From Vairimorpha necatrix (Eukaryota), in contig CP142731.1 of assembly GCA_036630325.1 (NCBI GenBank), positions 930,001-994,000 of the forward strand: 64,000 nt of DNA, read 5' to 3'. Position 1 is the first letter of the stretch; every line of letters starts with the position of its first letter. The notes below the pieces were generated by a model. It was not told the origin of the DNA and searched no databases. It saw only the letters and a program-made list of their open reading frames with translations. Positions 23,721 to 37,332 of this stretch are shown piece after piece. Both the position numbers and the translations under genes were made by a program.

Positions 23721-25849
23721 ATAAAAACTCGTGTTAAGTATTTACTATTAATTTAAAAAAGATAAAAATAAATTTCAAAAATCTGCAATTCTAAATGTAA
23801 AAAAAAACAAATTCAAATTAATTGCAATAAAATAGCAGCATAGAATACAAAATAACTTTTAGGATATATAATAGCAAAAGGCATAGGCTTACAACTGCAA
23901 ATAAAACAGAACAAACGATAAAAGGTTTTTAAAAAACAGAAAATGAGTTTTAAGGCGTCGGCTTTTGACTAGGTATAAGATATTATATTATGCTATTTCT
24001 GGTTATTATAACTCCCGAAACGGTAGAACATGTTTTAAAAACAAAAGAGTGGATAAGCATTTGTAAAAAATTTTAGATTCTGATATCGAATCATATACAA
24101 TGTCTAATTAAAAGTTTCTTATGGTTATATGAATATACACGAAACGCACATAACATATATCTAATCTTATAACTTATAAAACGTGCCCAAAAAGTAAAAA
24201 TAAACATGAGCACTCTGTACAGAATAATTTATAAACCTTTTAAGCAAACAAAAAATCTATAAAGATAAACCACAAATGCCATAAACTAAATATTTGAAGA
24301 GAATGAAAGAGAGATCTAAATAATAAAAATTGCAGAAATTGAAAGGTTAAATACAAAGCCAAGAATTAAAATCAAAGAAACTTGATTTCCTAGAACACGA
24401 AATAGTCCTAATAAATAAATCCGTTACAAATAATTGTGGTGCGCGAGCGTTGACCCCGTAAAAAAAATATTAAAAAAACACGAATGAATCTTTTATATAG
24501 ATTGTTTTGAATTAGAGTTTTTTAAGCATAACAAAGATTAATTTTGGGTACTTTCTCAAGTTCTGCGTTGTACTCTGTTATTTATAAATTTTCTGTAATC
24601 TCTTATTCCTTAGAGAAAAAGTATATAGCTTTTCTTTTTATTGTTTCATTTTTATTATCAAATTACTTAACTACAATGACGCTGTCACCAATTTAAAAAT
24701 ATATTTGGGATTTGAACCAATATGACACTCTATTCTTGCGAGATAATTCCGATTAACAGAAAAAATATAAGAAATTACGTTCAACTACACTAATTGACAC
24801 ATCTCTTTTATTTTTTGTCTCAAGTAATATTTCAATTTTTTTTCATATATCATTTGAAAACACGTTTCATTCTGAGTACACAAAAGAATTATCTGCTGAA
24901 ATCTTTATTAATTATAGAATGGAACCTCTTTTGTTGCACTATGTTCGGTTTAATTGTAGTTGTAAAAGACTTTATAAAATAGTTTTAGTTATTACTATTC
25001 ATCTTCGGTCATAGAATTTTAAATACAATTAAACTCATTTACGTACACATTATTAGATAGGACTTAATGTTTGGTTAGCCCTTTCCATTTGCCCCTTTGA
25101 ATGAATATGGCGCGGCCTACTATGTTTTTAAATATTTTAAAATTCATTACAATGCTTAATTAGAAAGATTACAGAATTTATTTAAATTTTCTTTTTGTAA
25201 CATCTTGGGTAGAACAGTCAACTTGTGGGATTAAAATCCTACTTTTTTTTTATACCTCTTATCTTGTTTTCCTTGTTAATGAAAGGCCCTGGCAAACTTA
25301 GAATAAACTCCTGAAATTGTTGGTCAAACAATACTTATTTTTAAAGTTTTTATAACGCGATTCATTGATATAAAGGATCATAATTCGTCATTGACTTCAG
25401 GATATAACATAAACTTTCCGTTCTTTTTTCTTAACCTGAGATTATTGTCTAAGATATGAATTCTAAGACAACATAAATAAAATATTCGTAGGAATTTGAA
25501 AATATATTGCCTGATGCTAAAATTCGTTAACACGTTTATAATAAAGTTAATGAAATGCTCTACATGTAACTACCATAGCTCCGAAGTGTTTATTATAAAA
25601 AAAACATTCAAAGGGTTTACATTTGCCCTTCGTTTAATATAATGCACCAGCTATAAGAAGGCAATTACATGTCTTTTAACTTTTTTGTTGTTTTAAAAAA
25701 CGACCTTTTTATTGCAAACTATTTAATGCAATAATATTGAAATCAACAGCATTTCTGGGAGAAAGAATCTTAATATAAAGGATAAAAAAATTATTATTCA
25801 ACAATTGTCACTATACAAGTAATTTTTTATTAGTGTGTCATAGTATATG

Positions 25850-26300
25850 GTGTGCTATTTAGTTACATAATACAGGCAGAAGTTCAATCCGTTCAAGAGA
25901 TCATTTTTTTATTAAATTATAAAAAAAAATCTATACAAGGTCTTGCGTGTGAAACCCTAGAGAACAACGCTTGTACGGAACGGAATCGTTGGCAACCACA
26001 AAAATTACTAAAAAAATTATAGTTCTCTGTCACAAAATAACAAAAAAGTACATTGGGGAGATATAACTAAGTTTTTATTGAAGTTACGTCAATCTATGCT
26101 CTGAAGAAAAGACGAAGATATATCTCTTAAATTTCAAGGTCGATGTCAAACATATGATCTGAAGAAGAAGTGGCTAGAGCTTCTAAGATATCTAGCTGTG
26201 AGTTAACTGTCATAGAAATATGTGTATAGAAGATAGAGGTATCTATAACAATAGAGCTAAAAATTATAAATGAAATTGCAACGTCTAAAATATGTAAAGT
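25850..26300 (+). mobile_element. Decayed RLE-type non-LTR 3' fragment
   Basis: GAAGAAGAAGTGGCTAGAGCT identical to ~4160-4180; CAAGAGATCAT also shared with ~3746. Confidence 0.6.
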
Positions 26301-26981
26301 GTAATCTCTTAAGCTATACTTTTCAATCATTTAAAATATAATCTTATATCAACATAAAAAACTCAATTCATAGAAAACAATTCCTATAGACCACTTTAAG
26401 ATTAATGATTAATTTTTTAGATAAAGTACAGAAGAAGAGCATATTTGAATACCGAGAATGCGGACGTAGAATGCAGGCGAAAAATAATACCTCTTATCGA
26501 GTTAATCTTTTGTTACATTATAACACAAATTTTTACAATCCCCAAAAGTACATTTGACATATAATTAGCAAAAAAAAAATTCTTTTGAACTCAATTTTAA
26601 GCTTTTAAAGGTATTTTTTTTCAAAACCCATATCATGTTAACATGATTTTCAAGGGCATGACATAGTGTAGAGTTTCTAATGCAATAAACATATTAAAGA
26701 AATAATTTTGTTTTCTATACAAAATATAAGCGATACAATTCAGGTATAAAGCCCTACAATTTATGTAATATAGGTAATTTATAGGTAAAAAATTTACATT
26801 ATTGCAAATTATATAAAAAAGTTTTTTATAATGCAATCTTAATATATATATATATACATTGAATATAAAAGAAATATTTAGAATAATAATCGATCAGGAT
26901 AAACAACTTTTACTATAATTATATTTAAAGATGGTAATGTAATTTTTAAACCTTTTACTTATATCAATCGATAAAAATGTA

Positions 26982-27773
26982 TTAAAGCAATAATGGTAAT
27001 ATGAATAGACTATCTTTTGTTATATTCTTTACTTTACCATCGTCATATATACTTTTTTTATATTGATTAAATCTTTCAAAATTAATCATACTATTATGTT
27101 CCAAAATACCGTAGAGTATATTTTTGTATATAGAGAAATATTCTTCAAGATCAAATACTTTTTTTACTTGATAATTTAGCTTTGTCCCCATTTTGATTTT
27201 CATATATTTATCAATGTACAGTCTTATGGCATTTGGAGATAGGTTTTGTACGTTAAAATTGATACATAAAAGTGTTGCAAACATTTTTCTAGTATGTTCC
27301 GCAAGAGATTCTGTAAATTTGAAATTTTCTTTTTCTTTGATACTATAATTTTTATTTGGATAATTATTTCTTAATAATTTATAGTATAATCGAAATTTAA
27401 CATCTCTCTTATTAATTGTATATTCTCTATAAACTTTCAAAACATCTTTTGTTTTATTCTTTATCGGGAAATTTATATTATCCAGAACTAAATTAAATAA
27501 CGTTCTTGATATCTCATCTGTTTCTTCTTCTATAAATTTTGTCATTGGAAATTTATGAATTTTTTGAAAAAATAATAAACAACATTCTTCTACTTGATTT
27601 TTTATAATATTTGTTTGTTCTTGATTCAATTTTTCTCGTATAACAACTGGATTTTGGCTAAAACTAGATTGTATTTTCATACCTACTATTTGTAATTTTG
27701 ATTTTGTCTCTGTTTCATTGATACCTATTGATTGATGTGTGTTATAAATGAACAATGTACAAACCAAAAACAT
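26982..27773 (-). CDS. Putative secreted protein, 263-aa family, copy 3
   Basis: Family motifs; CCC before ATG. Confidence 0.85.
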   Translation of the reverse strand: MFLVCTLFIYNTHQSIGINETETKSKLQIVGMKIQSSFSQNPVVIREKLNQEQTNIIKNQVEECCLLFFQKIHKFPMTKFIEEETDEISRTLFNLVLDNINFPIKNKTKDVLKVYREYTINKRDVKFRLYYKLLRNNYPNKNYSIKEKENFKFTESLAEHTRKMFATLLCINFNVQNLSPNAIRLYIDKYMKIKMGTKLNYQVKKVFDLEEYFSIYKNILYGILEHNSMINFERFNQYKKSIYDDGKVKNITKDSLFILPLLL

Positions 27774-30700
27774 TTAGGGTTAAGCCCCCAAATTTATATG
27801 TACATTGTTTATTTTTTATTTACTAAATATCAAATCAATCTATATATTTTGTTTAATTCAATTTTATTTTTAACAAAAACAGAAGTGCTGAAAACATTTA
27901 TCTTGGTAAGTTGAATTAAAATCAACAATTAATCAAATTAAAAGAACTCATCAATATGTTTACATTAAGTAAAACCGTTGCTTTATATTTTTAACCTCGA
28001 CTTTTATTGATTTTAGATATAAATTAAATTATTTAAAAAATGCCTTTTTAGAATCTATTAAAATTGAAAAAAAAATTTAAATTTTAATTTTTATAAATTA
28101 TAAAAGCAGAACAAAATTACAAAATAACAACACACAACGTATAATAAAAAAAACAAGTTCAATCGATTCATATAATTTTTTTTTGATGAACGCATTCAAT
28201 GTTTTTTGTGTGAAAGAAATACATTTTAAAGATGTTTTGTTAACAAAGTTTAATATAACATAATCAGCCCCTAAAAGTGCATTTGAAATTTAAAATTTTC
28301 TTATATAATATTTATAAGAGATTTTCTATTAACAAAATATACATCTAAGTCACGACGCATCTTTTCAAGTACGCTATATAAATTCTACCTATTTTCAATT
28401 AATTTATTCCATAAACTTTTCGATAAAATCAAAAAGATTCATACCAAAATAATATCTAAATATTATAAATATTAATTATTTTTAATCCGCATTGTATAAT
28501 TTTTAAGATAAAATTACAACGTATATTTACTTTTTAAAGTCATTTTATCGACTATAAATCAATAGACCCTTTATTATATTATGATATTTTTAGAATAAAA
28601 TATTCATGAAGACAACAGAAATTTTTGTGGATTTAAAAAACAAATTTAAATTAAATATAATCACTATAAAACTTATTTTTTAGTCGTAATAAGTATCAAA
28701 TATTGTAAAAACTTATGTTTGTAATATTAGACACAATAGGAGTAAAAAATCTCTGACCAAATTGAAGAGTGTATAACTCTTGTATGTTCAAGAATTCTCC
28801 CAATCTCATTGCTAGACTTAAGCCTCCGGAAAAGAGAAGGTGTGATCCGGAAAGAAGCTTTATTGATACAAAATTATTTTTTATAGTTTTTTTCTAGCAA
28901 TACTAAAATATCGAAAACATTGCCTCCAAATTAAATCGTTTTTTTCATTTTATGTGTTACATATCAGACAAATACAATAGTACTATATAATTATTCAAAA
29001 ATACCAAATTTCACAATAAAGGTTTATAAAGACTATTTGAATATAATTAGTTAATTATTTTAAAAAAAAGCATCAAAAACGCATCTAGATATTTAATTGT
29101 ACTTTTATGTTTTACTCATTTGCATTTTAAAAAATGGGGTTATATGAAATTCGCTGGTAAAAGTTTATGGATGTAAACATTCGTTTCTTATGAATCTAGA
29201 ACTCTGTTTATTTTAACGTATAATATTTTTTCAAACATTTTCGTAATGCAAAAGCGTTTAGTAGTCAGTTTGACATATATTTGACATTTATATCAATTAT
29301 TAAAATCGAATATAAACAATTTCGAACCGATTATTCATAGTTAATTGTATATATAAGATGTTTGTATAGATTATATTATAACTGCGTATGTAGTACTAAA
29401 TTATAATGGCGCAAAAAACGCTCGCATAACTACGAATTGCGAAAGTACATACTGCGAACTACTAATAAGAGTATTTTGTTTATTAATTTATATCAGAGAA
29501 GAAAAACAATGCGCAATACACAAGAAACATTTTTAAAAAATTCATAGCGCAATTTTAATAGAATATATAACAGAAGAATTGTCAAAAGTGTTTTTAAACG
29601 ATCGATTTACAAATTATTTACAAGTTTAATGTATTGATTTTCATAAAAAAAAAATAAGAATATAGAATAAATGGAAGCATAAATGTCCGCTGTTGGTTTT
29701 TAAATTTTTTTATATCGTACATTTAATAATAAATAATATACAATCTTATTATGTTTTGTTTAGCCAAAATTAAATGATGAAATTTTGTAAATTCAATGCA
29801 TGTAGAATTTTTTTCATGTTCTAAAGTAGACTATAGAATCTATCTCTCTGCATCGAAGTTGAGGATAAGACTAAATAGACACTAAAGAAGAAGGGGTATC
29901 GATGTAAGTGGACTATCTGGAAAGAATTGACAAATCAATGGTCGTATGATAGTAGAAATTTTTACTTAAAATAAGCTAAAAAAAATTATTAATACCATAT
30001 GTTCTATAGATCATGGAGAGGCTAATCTATTTGGCGACAAATAATTAAAGTGCTTTTATTGAACATCTGAAAGTTTATCGTAATATACATTCTAAAGAAA
30101 ATCTTATCTTGTTAAAATAATACATTTATACAATATTAACGTAAAAAATTGATTCATGTTTATGCATAAAATCAAATCAAGTTTTTGCTTCATGTATTAT
30201 ATCTTAAAACTTATTTGAGACATGTAACTTGGAGTTTAACTTATTAGTGTATTTTTTTTTGTTATACTAAAAATAAAAAAGCTTTCGTTATTTAATAGAC
30301 TATGAAAATATTTGTAGTTTTTTTTGTATAAAATAAATTCTAGAATATTTTAAATATTATAGTAGAGAAAATTAAAAAGACGCTGATGATTTTTATTGAC
30401 AGAAACTACCAACAAGTAGGAGTAAAAAATATTCATAGCAATTCAACACGAGATTATAAAAGAATCAACACTCTTATTAATCTATGTATGTACTAAAAAT
30501 AATAAATATACAAAGCTGACAAAACCTTCGACTTAGAACAAAATTCACTGCATAATATTGGTAAAATAATCCACTACCACTAATAAAACCTTTTATTATT
30601 TCAAAGATTTTAAGCCATAAGGATTTCCATTTAATATCACTATTAATTTTTTTCTTTTACAAAAGTTTCGTCTGTTCCATGTAATTTAAAAATTATAGAA

Positions 30701-31440
30701 CGTTACAAGTTATTTACTTTTAAATCATATAATAAATCTTTTTTTTTTTTGCAAAATTAGGTTCTAGTTATACTTAGCCTATTATCGTAAATTTTGATTA
30801 AATTTTATATACACTCCCCCTCAAGCATGGATGTTAATTTTTTGTTCATATTTGACCTAAAATCTTTATTGATTCAACGTAAAAATGCAGAAACAAAATT
30901 AAAACAATTGACATACGCTACTATTTATACAAAAGACAAATTAAAAGACTGTTGGCTTTATTAATAAAACATGATTCGAACGAGCATCTTGATATTTAGC
31001 AAACATATAGTTTCAATGTAATTTAATTTGTTGTTTCATTATAAAAAACTACTAAAAACACAGAAAAGGTTCATTTTTTGAGACTCGATAAAGTAAAAGT
31101 TATAAATCGAACACTAAAAACATTATTCAAGGGTTGTAGATGCCGTGTAATTTTAACAGATATAATAGTGTTAAGTATTAAATATATTTTCTTGTTTTTA
31201 TAAAAAGACGGAAATGAGCAATAATATATACATTTTAGATTTAATTACCTTTTATCACATATAGTCATTTATACACTTTTTTTGAAAAAAATTACGTATA
31301 AATAACTCATTATGTGCATAGAATTAAACATAGCGGGAAAAATCGCATATACTTTTTATATAGATCAAAAGAAAAGTTTATGAGATTATTTACTAGAAAA
31401 TAAATATTTCAAAATATTATAAAAACTCTTTTTAATTTTA

Positions 31441-32232
31441 CTATTCGATTGAAGGTAATCTTATATGAGTATGGTCATGATAATCTATCACTTTCCCATT
31501 ATCATATACATTCTGTTTATTTTGATTAAATCTTGAAAAATTAATTTCATTCTTATGTTTCATTGTAAAATACTGTAAATTTGCGCCAATCGAGTGATAA
31601 TTATCAGAATCGAATACTTTTTTGATCTTATAATTAAGCTTTGTACCCATTTTAATGTTCATATGTTTCCCTATATACAGTTTTATTTCATTTGGATTAA
31701 TAATGCGGATGTTGAAATTTATACACAAAAGTGTTGCAAACATTTTCCTAGTTTGTTGCGCAAGAGATTCCGTAAATTTATATATTTCCCTCTCATCAAT
31801 CCGATAAATTTCATCTGGAAAAATATTTCTAAGTAAATTATAATATAAATTATACCTAATATCTTTCCTATTAATTGTATATTTTCTACCCAATGGTATT
31901 GTATCTTGAATGTTTCCAATAATAGGAAAATTAATATTATCGAGAACAAAGTTGAATAGCGTTCTTGATATCTCATCAGATTCGGATTCGAAAAATATAG
32001 TCATTGGAAAATTATGAAAATTCTTAGAGAATAATTGACAACAGTCTTCTATTTCAAATTTTATATTATTGGTTTCTTCATAATTTAATTGTTTTTTTTT
32101 ATTAACTGGTTTTTTAGTGTTATTAGGTTGCTCATTCACACTTTTATTTGGAATTCTTAACATGGTTTCTGTTTCATTACTACCTATTGCTTGATGCATA
32201 TTCATAATATATGTTAAGTAGACAAAAAGCAT
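31441..32232 (-). CDS. Putative secreted protein, 263-aa family, copy 4
   Basis: Family motifs; CCCC before ATG. Confidence 0.85.
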   Translation of the reverse strand: MLFVYLTYIMNMHQAIGSNETETMLRIPNKSVNEQPNNTKKPVNKKKQLNYEETNNIKFEIEDCCQLFSKNFHNFPMTIFFESESDEISRTLFNFVLDNINFPIIGNIQDTIPLGRKYTINRKDIRYNLYYNLLRNIFPDEIYRIDEREIYKFTESLAQQTRKMFATLLCINFNIRIINPNEIKLYIGKHMNIKMGTKLNYKIKKVFDSDNYHSIGANLQYFTMKHKNEINFSRFNQNKQNVYDNGKVIDYHDHTHIRLPSIE

Positions 32233-32849
32233 TAAGGGGCTATATAAATATTCAATTTAGAGTTTTTTTAGATTAAAATTTAAAAAAAAAAAAATTAAAA
32301 CTATAATGGTTCTTACTAAAATCTATAAAAAAATATTATCTAATAATGTAAAACAAAGTTTTTAATTATAAATTTTTTATAAAAATAATAATTGTTAAAA
32401 GTTAATGGAATTTCTAAAAACATTAGACTTACTATAAACCGTTTTTTGACCTGCATTTTTATAAAAAAACGGAGCATTTTCACTATAGGCCCCTACCAAT
32501 TAAAATACTACATTTTTTATTTTTAGCTTCAGTTTTCGAAAGTCGAAGCGGAAAAAATGTAAAGCAGAAAATATGAAAATAAATAAAATTATCAAAAAAT
32601 AACATAAATACCAAAAATACATAAATTATTTTTTTTGTTTTTTTTCAATTTTTTAAAAATTTTCTTCTTACACTTATTGATCGAGACATATCTTTGTTTT
32701 GCATTTTATGTTAAAAAGATAATTTTTGAACAATCTATATTAAAACAACATCATAGAAGATAATCACAATGTTGGAAACGATATTTTTTTAAAAAAACAA
32801 TTATACTATAATTTTTTTAATAAAGCTATTATTAAGTTTATTTTTTCTT

Positions 32850-33050
32850 CAATTTACCTCCACTGCAACGCACTCTATCTGATCACACCGCCTTCTAGCT
32901 ACCGTTACTATGTTCTTGGCTCCAGATCCTCTCTAACATGACCCTGCCGGCGTTCAAAGCAGATGCTCTCTTGTGTCTTCTTTATAATTCTCATTTGGAT
33001 GTTAGTTGCGTTAATAATCGTTAGGCCAATGCATTGCCTTAATTGCTGTA
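32850..33050 (-). mobile_element. RLE-type non-LTR 3'-terminal fragment
   Basis: IKKTQESICFERRQGHVRED matches MKKTLESISLERRRGYDQED of 3755-4348. Confidence 0.65.
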
Positions 33051-34361
33051 GTATTTTGTCACAATTTTTTTAATTATATAAATATATGATATTTTTTATA
33101 TCAAAAATATAACATATCTAATAGAATAAATGTTGATTCCGATTCAAGAATATTTAAAAGATCAAAAATATTACATATTACTACATAGTTTAACTATAAC
33201 TATAATGAAATAGTAAAAAATACCAAATCAATCTATATACAAAAAATAAAGATTTATAAATTTAGAATTTGTTTATAACAACAAAAGCTGATTGAAAATG
33301 TTAAATTAAGCTGTTTTTTGACTTTCATAATATTTTTAGAAAGGTAAAATATTTATTTATTATTATAGTAAATATTTTACAGTAGATACCTTGGGTAAGT
33401 ATCTACAATAAGTAATTACAGAATCTTTTCAGTAACTAGATTATCATCCTGTAACAGAAAACATGTTTAATAACAAGATAAATATATTTTTAATACTTAA
33501 ATAATAAAAAATATTAGAAGAGATTTGAAAATTTAAACTTCTTATAAACAGTGTTTACGTGAAAACATGGATAAAACGGATTTAAAATAATGTTTTAGAT
33601 TAATAATGATCAATAAAATCTTAATAAAACCATTTTTGTACGTTATAAATTTTTTAAAACCTTTCTGTGTTTAATGCATTGACTTTCGTTAATACGGGGC
33701 TTTAAAATAAAAAATTTTGTATTTCGCTGGTAAGGGGGAAGGCCAAAGTTAAAATTAGCCATTTTTTTAAAATCAAAATGTTTTATTGCGCCGTATAGGA
33801 TATTCAAATGCTTTACATTGTACCTTCCAACATGTTTCTACTTATTTCCTATTTCATTTTTGTGTAAGTTTTCATGTACCTTTTGTAACATTCAAATCTG
33901 TCCATTTGTAGGGATATGATTAGTCAGTATTTGATCGGCCACGACAGTACCATCTAGTACTACTTATGTGCGAAAATTGTCATATATGTTTGCTGTACGT
34001 AAATAATACTTGTATGGTTATGCAAGAATAAAAATATTTATTTTCTTATGTAAAAATATCAAACAATTTATTATTTGGTAAAAGTACGCAATTTTAAAAT
34101 TCATGATAAAATCACAAAAAAAATTGAATCAGACTACCCCAAGTTATATTTCTATTACTTTAAAATTATCCACGTTTTTATAGTATAAATAGCAGGAAAA
34201 TATTGAGATTGTCATTTTTAGTTTTCTATTTGTGAAAATTAAAATTGTAATATATAGTGATAATTTAAAACCTGTTTTTTGAAATGGTATATCTATGAAT
34301 CTTATAATTATTTTTTGATTTTACATTCTTTGTTTAGTGCATTTTTATTTTTTACCCTTTT

Positions 34362-34502
34362 ATGTTTAAAGAATTAAGAGATTTGGAATCAAGACTGAAG
34401 AATTATAAGAATGGGGTTATAAATGTTTCCGATGATCCAGTCCTGTCTATTGTCTGTCCTAAATATTTTTGTAGAGATGAATATGTAGAACTTATTGAAT
34501 AA
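34362..34502 (+). CDS. Small 46-aa protein absent from the ORF track (MFKELRDLESRLKNYKNGVINVSDDPVLSIVCPKYFCRDEYVELIE)
   Basis: TTTTTACCCTTTT-ATG start context; AATAAA overlapping the stop; coding-like composition. Confidence 0.6.
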   Translation: MFKELRDLESRLKNYKNGVINVSDDPVLSIVCPKYFCRDEYVELIE

Positions 34503-34944
34503 AATTTTTTGTTTTGTTATTGTTGGATTTATTGCCTAAATAAATATTTGACAAGCATTTATAATGTGGCTAACAATAATAGTAAATTATAAGGATTCAT
34601 AACGCTTATTATCAGATAAAATTTCAGATATGTGTGATAAATGAAAAACCCCATTTTTTATATTGTCAAGAATGAATTTGGTTTATAAGTACAACAGTGA
34701 ATAATTTAACACTGATAGCATATTTACAGCTTAAAAAGATCATCATTAAAACAGCAAAACTACATTTAAATAACATATAAGATTGATTTTATCTATCAAA
34801 AAATTCACAAAAAATGGCTAATCTGACAATTGTGGTTTTATGAAAAGTTGTAATTAAGATTTACAATTTTAAAATATATTTAGCAAATTTTAGTCAAAAT
34901 TTTAAGTTTAATTTTTTAGTAAAAAAAAACTATAAAAATTTACC

Positions 34945-36470
34945 CCGCGGAAAGTCTTCAAAAATTGATATAATGACAATCCATGTTATGTACTGTCATC
35001 GTTCGGAGCGGACGCCAGGGAAAATGCTACACGAGAAGGGCAAAAAAATAAACAAAAAACATGGTATTTAATTGTAATTCGTGTATAAAAATTCTTTAAT
35101 ATTAAAGGCATGAAAATAAAATTGAAAACAATGAAAAACAAGGAGTTTTTGTCTTTTTATAGATTGATAATGTTCCAACAAGGTTGGTAGAAAAACAAGA
35201 AAGAGATGCTTTTATGAAAAAGCAAAAAAAATTATCCTTTTTGAAGATGTGATTGACGGCATCACAGAGCTCACGGTGCGATTAAATGTAGGTCTATATA
35301 GATCATTAAGATTCTTTAACACCAACAAGCAACGATTCAAAATCGATTATATAAAATTGTTCCATGGATCAAATGGGCATGCGAGATGGAACGGATTGTT
35401 TCCATTATTGCAAACAAAGTCTACGACGCAACACAAAAAGATATCCAGAGAGTATTAGATAGCTGTAATATATGTCAAATAAAGAGAAATCTAGTAACTA
35501 GACCAGTTATTAGACCAATTGTAGCAAAATATCCAAGGGAAAGATATGTTGCAGACTTGATTGATCTCCGGCCATATCACGAACTCAATGAAGGCTATAA
35601 ATGGTTATTGTAGATTATTTTACCAAATTTTGTTGGACGGTATTACTGCTTGATAAAACAAGTATTAGTGTGGGGAATGCCTTTGAAACATTGTTTAGAA
35701 TGTTTGGTTCTTGTTCTATACTACATACTAATAATACTAATAACGGCAGAAAATTTGTAAATCAAGTACTCGTCGAATTATGTCGGAAATATGAAATAAG
35801 ACCTGTAAGGGGAAGAACTAGACGTCCATGGATACAAGAACAGATATAACGATGCAATCGTACAATAAATTAGATGATTGCATCTATTCACAGGACAAAA
35901 ATTTTTGGGGGCAATGGACCAAGGTAAGAGAAGAAGTTACCTGGTTATATAATAATTTAAGACACTCTACTACGAGACAAACACCATTCTCTCTGATATT
36001 TGGTAGACCCATTGGGGACATAATGGACGTGTCTAGAATCACGGGCATTATAGATTCGATTAATAGCAAAAACCACGAACAAGAGTACGGGGACGAAGAA
36101 CACACTGAAGAAAGTTTATAAGTTGTCTTAATTGCAATACTAATGAAGAAATACAGCAACTATTTGCTCTGAATAGCACAAACCTTTTTTTAAATGAAAT
36201 TTATCATGATGCAGCTAGAATTCATACACAAACTGCTGCAAATAGAATGGTACAAAGAAGTATGTGAGAAATGTTTTATTAGAATTTTTAATAGCAGTAA
36301 GACTCATCATAAGACCTTATTAAAAAAACGTCAATACTAGAAGACATTCTCTTTATAAACATTTAGATGCCGAGGTCTATGTTGTAACCGACATAATACA
36401 ATTTAATAAAGTAAAATTATGCAGAGAAGATGATAATGGAATTAATATAGATGAAATAAGTACTAAAGGT
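34945..36470 (+). mobile_element. Frameshifted integrase-like (rve, Ginger/GIN-type) transposase pseudogene
   Basis: H.SNGH..CNIC zinc motif, ERYVADLIDL, IVDYFTKF, LHT(D)NGRKF and YNNLRHSTTRQTPF spread across ORFs 35249-36121; no RT or RNase H upstream. Confidence 0.8.
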
Positions 36471-37332
36471 CTAAGATTGCTTGGAAATGAATATAGTACT
36501 AGAAATTTTGTTTATTTTTCTCCTTTTTTCATTATTCCCTCCTATTATTATAAAAAAGAAGCAAAATTTAACCTATCAAAAAATCGATACAAATTTTATG
36601 TAGTCATTAAAATCGAACATTTATTTGTTCATATTACTAGTTCGCCCCTAACTAAAGAGATTTTTTTATTTTTACCCTTTTCGTCCGCCCGATTTTTGAC
36701 AAACTATAATTCTAAATTACTAAAAAATTCATCGGCCATGTAAACACGCTTACATATTAGAAAATAATCAAACATTGCAAAAATTCAATTCTGAAATTTT
36801 TTTTTATAATTTTCTTCACTTACAATAATGTAATGGGGATTTTTACGCAACACAATATTTATAAATTGATAAAAATTATTCATTTGTGCTGAAGATGCAA
36901 TTTATTTGTTTTATTTTGAATTGATAAAAAGTACTAATACTAGTTAACAAGTATAAATTGTAATAAACATATCTTTGTGAATGTAATTAACTATTAAATT
37001 AAGTAAATAATAAGATGTGTTAAATTTCAAATAAGATTAAATGCAGTTAATATTACAGGAAGGTGTTTTTTAAAATTTATTAAAAAATTATGTCGCCAAT
37101 ATAGATCAAAAAATCAGTTGTACATATAGAGCGACGTACAAAAAAGCATACTTGCTATTAGCTGCACTTAAAAAAAGCTATGAAAGGAATCATTTATATT
37201 TTCACTTGTGCATCCTTCCGAACTGCAAAATAAATACACCGACAAAATGAGTTTAATTTTTTACAAAAGAATAAATTTAGCTCGTGTCGAAACATTAAAT
37301 AATTATACACTCAAATACCAAAAAATTATTTT

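Noticed and set aside
24435-24460. TGGTGCGCGAGC as a PBS or tRNA fragment
   Set aside because: No adjacent LTR end and no cloverleaf structure
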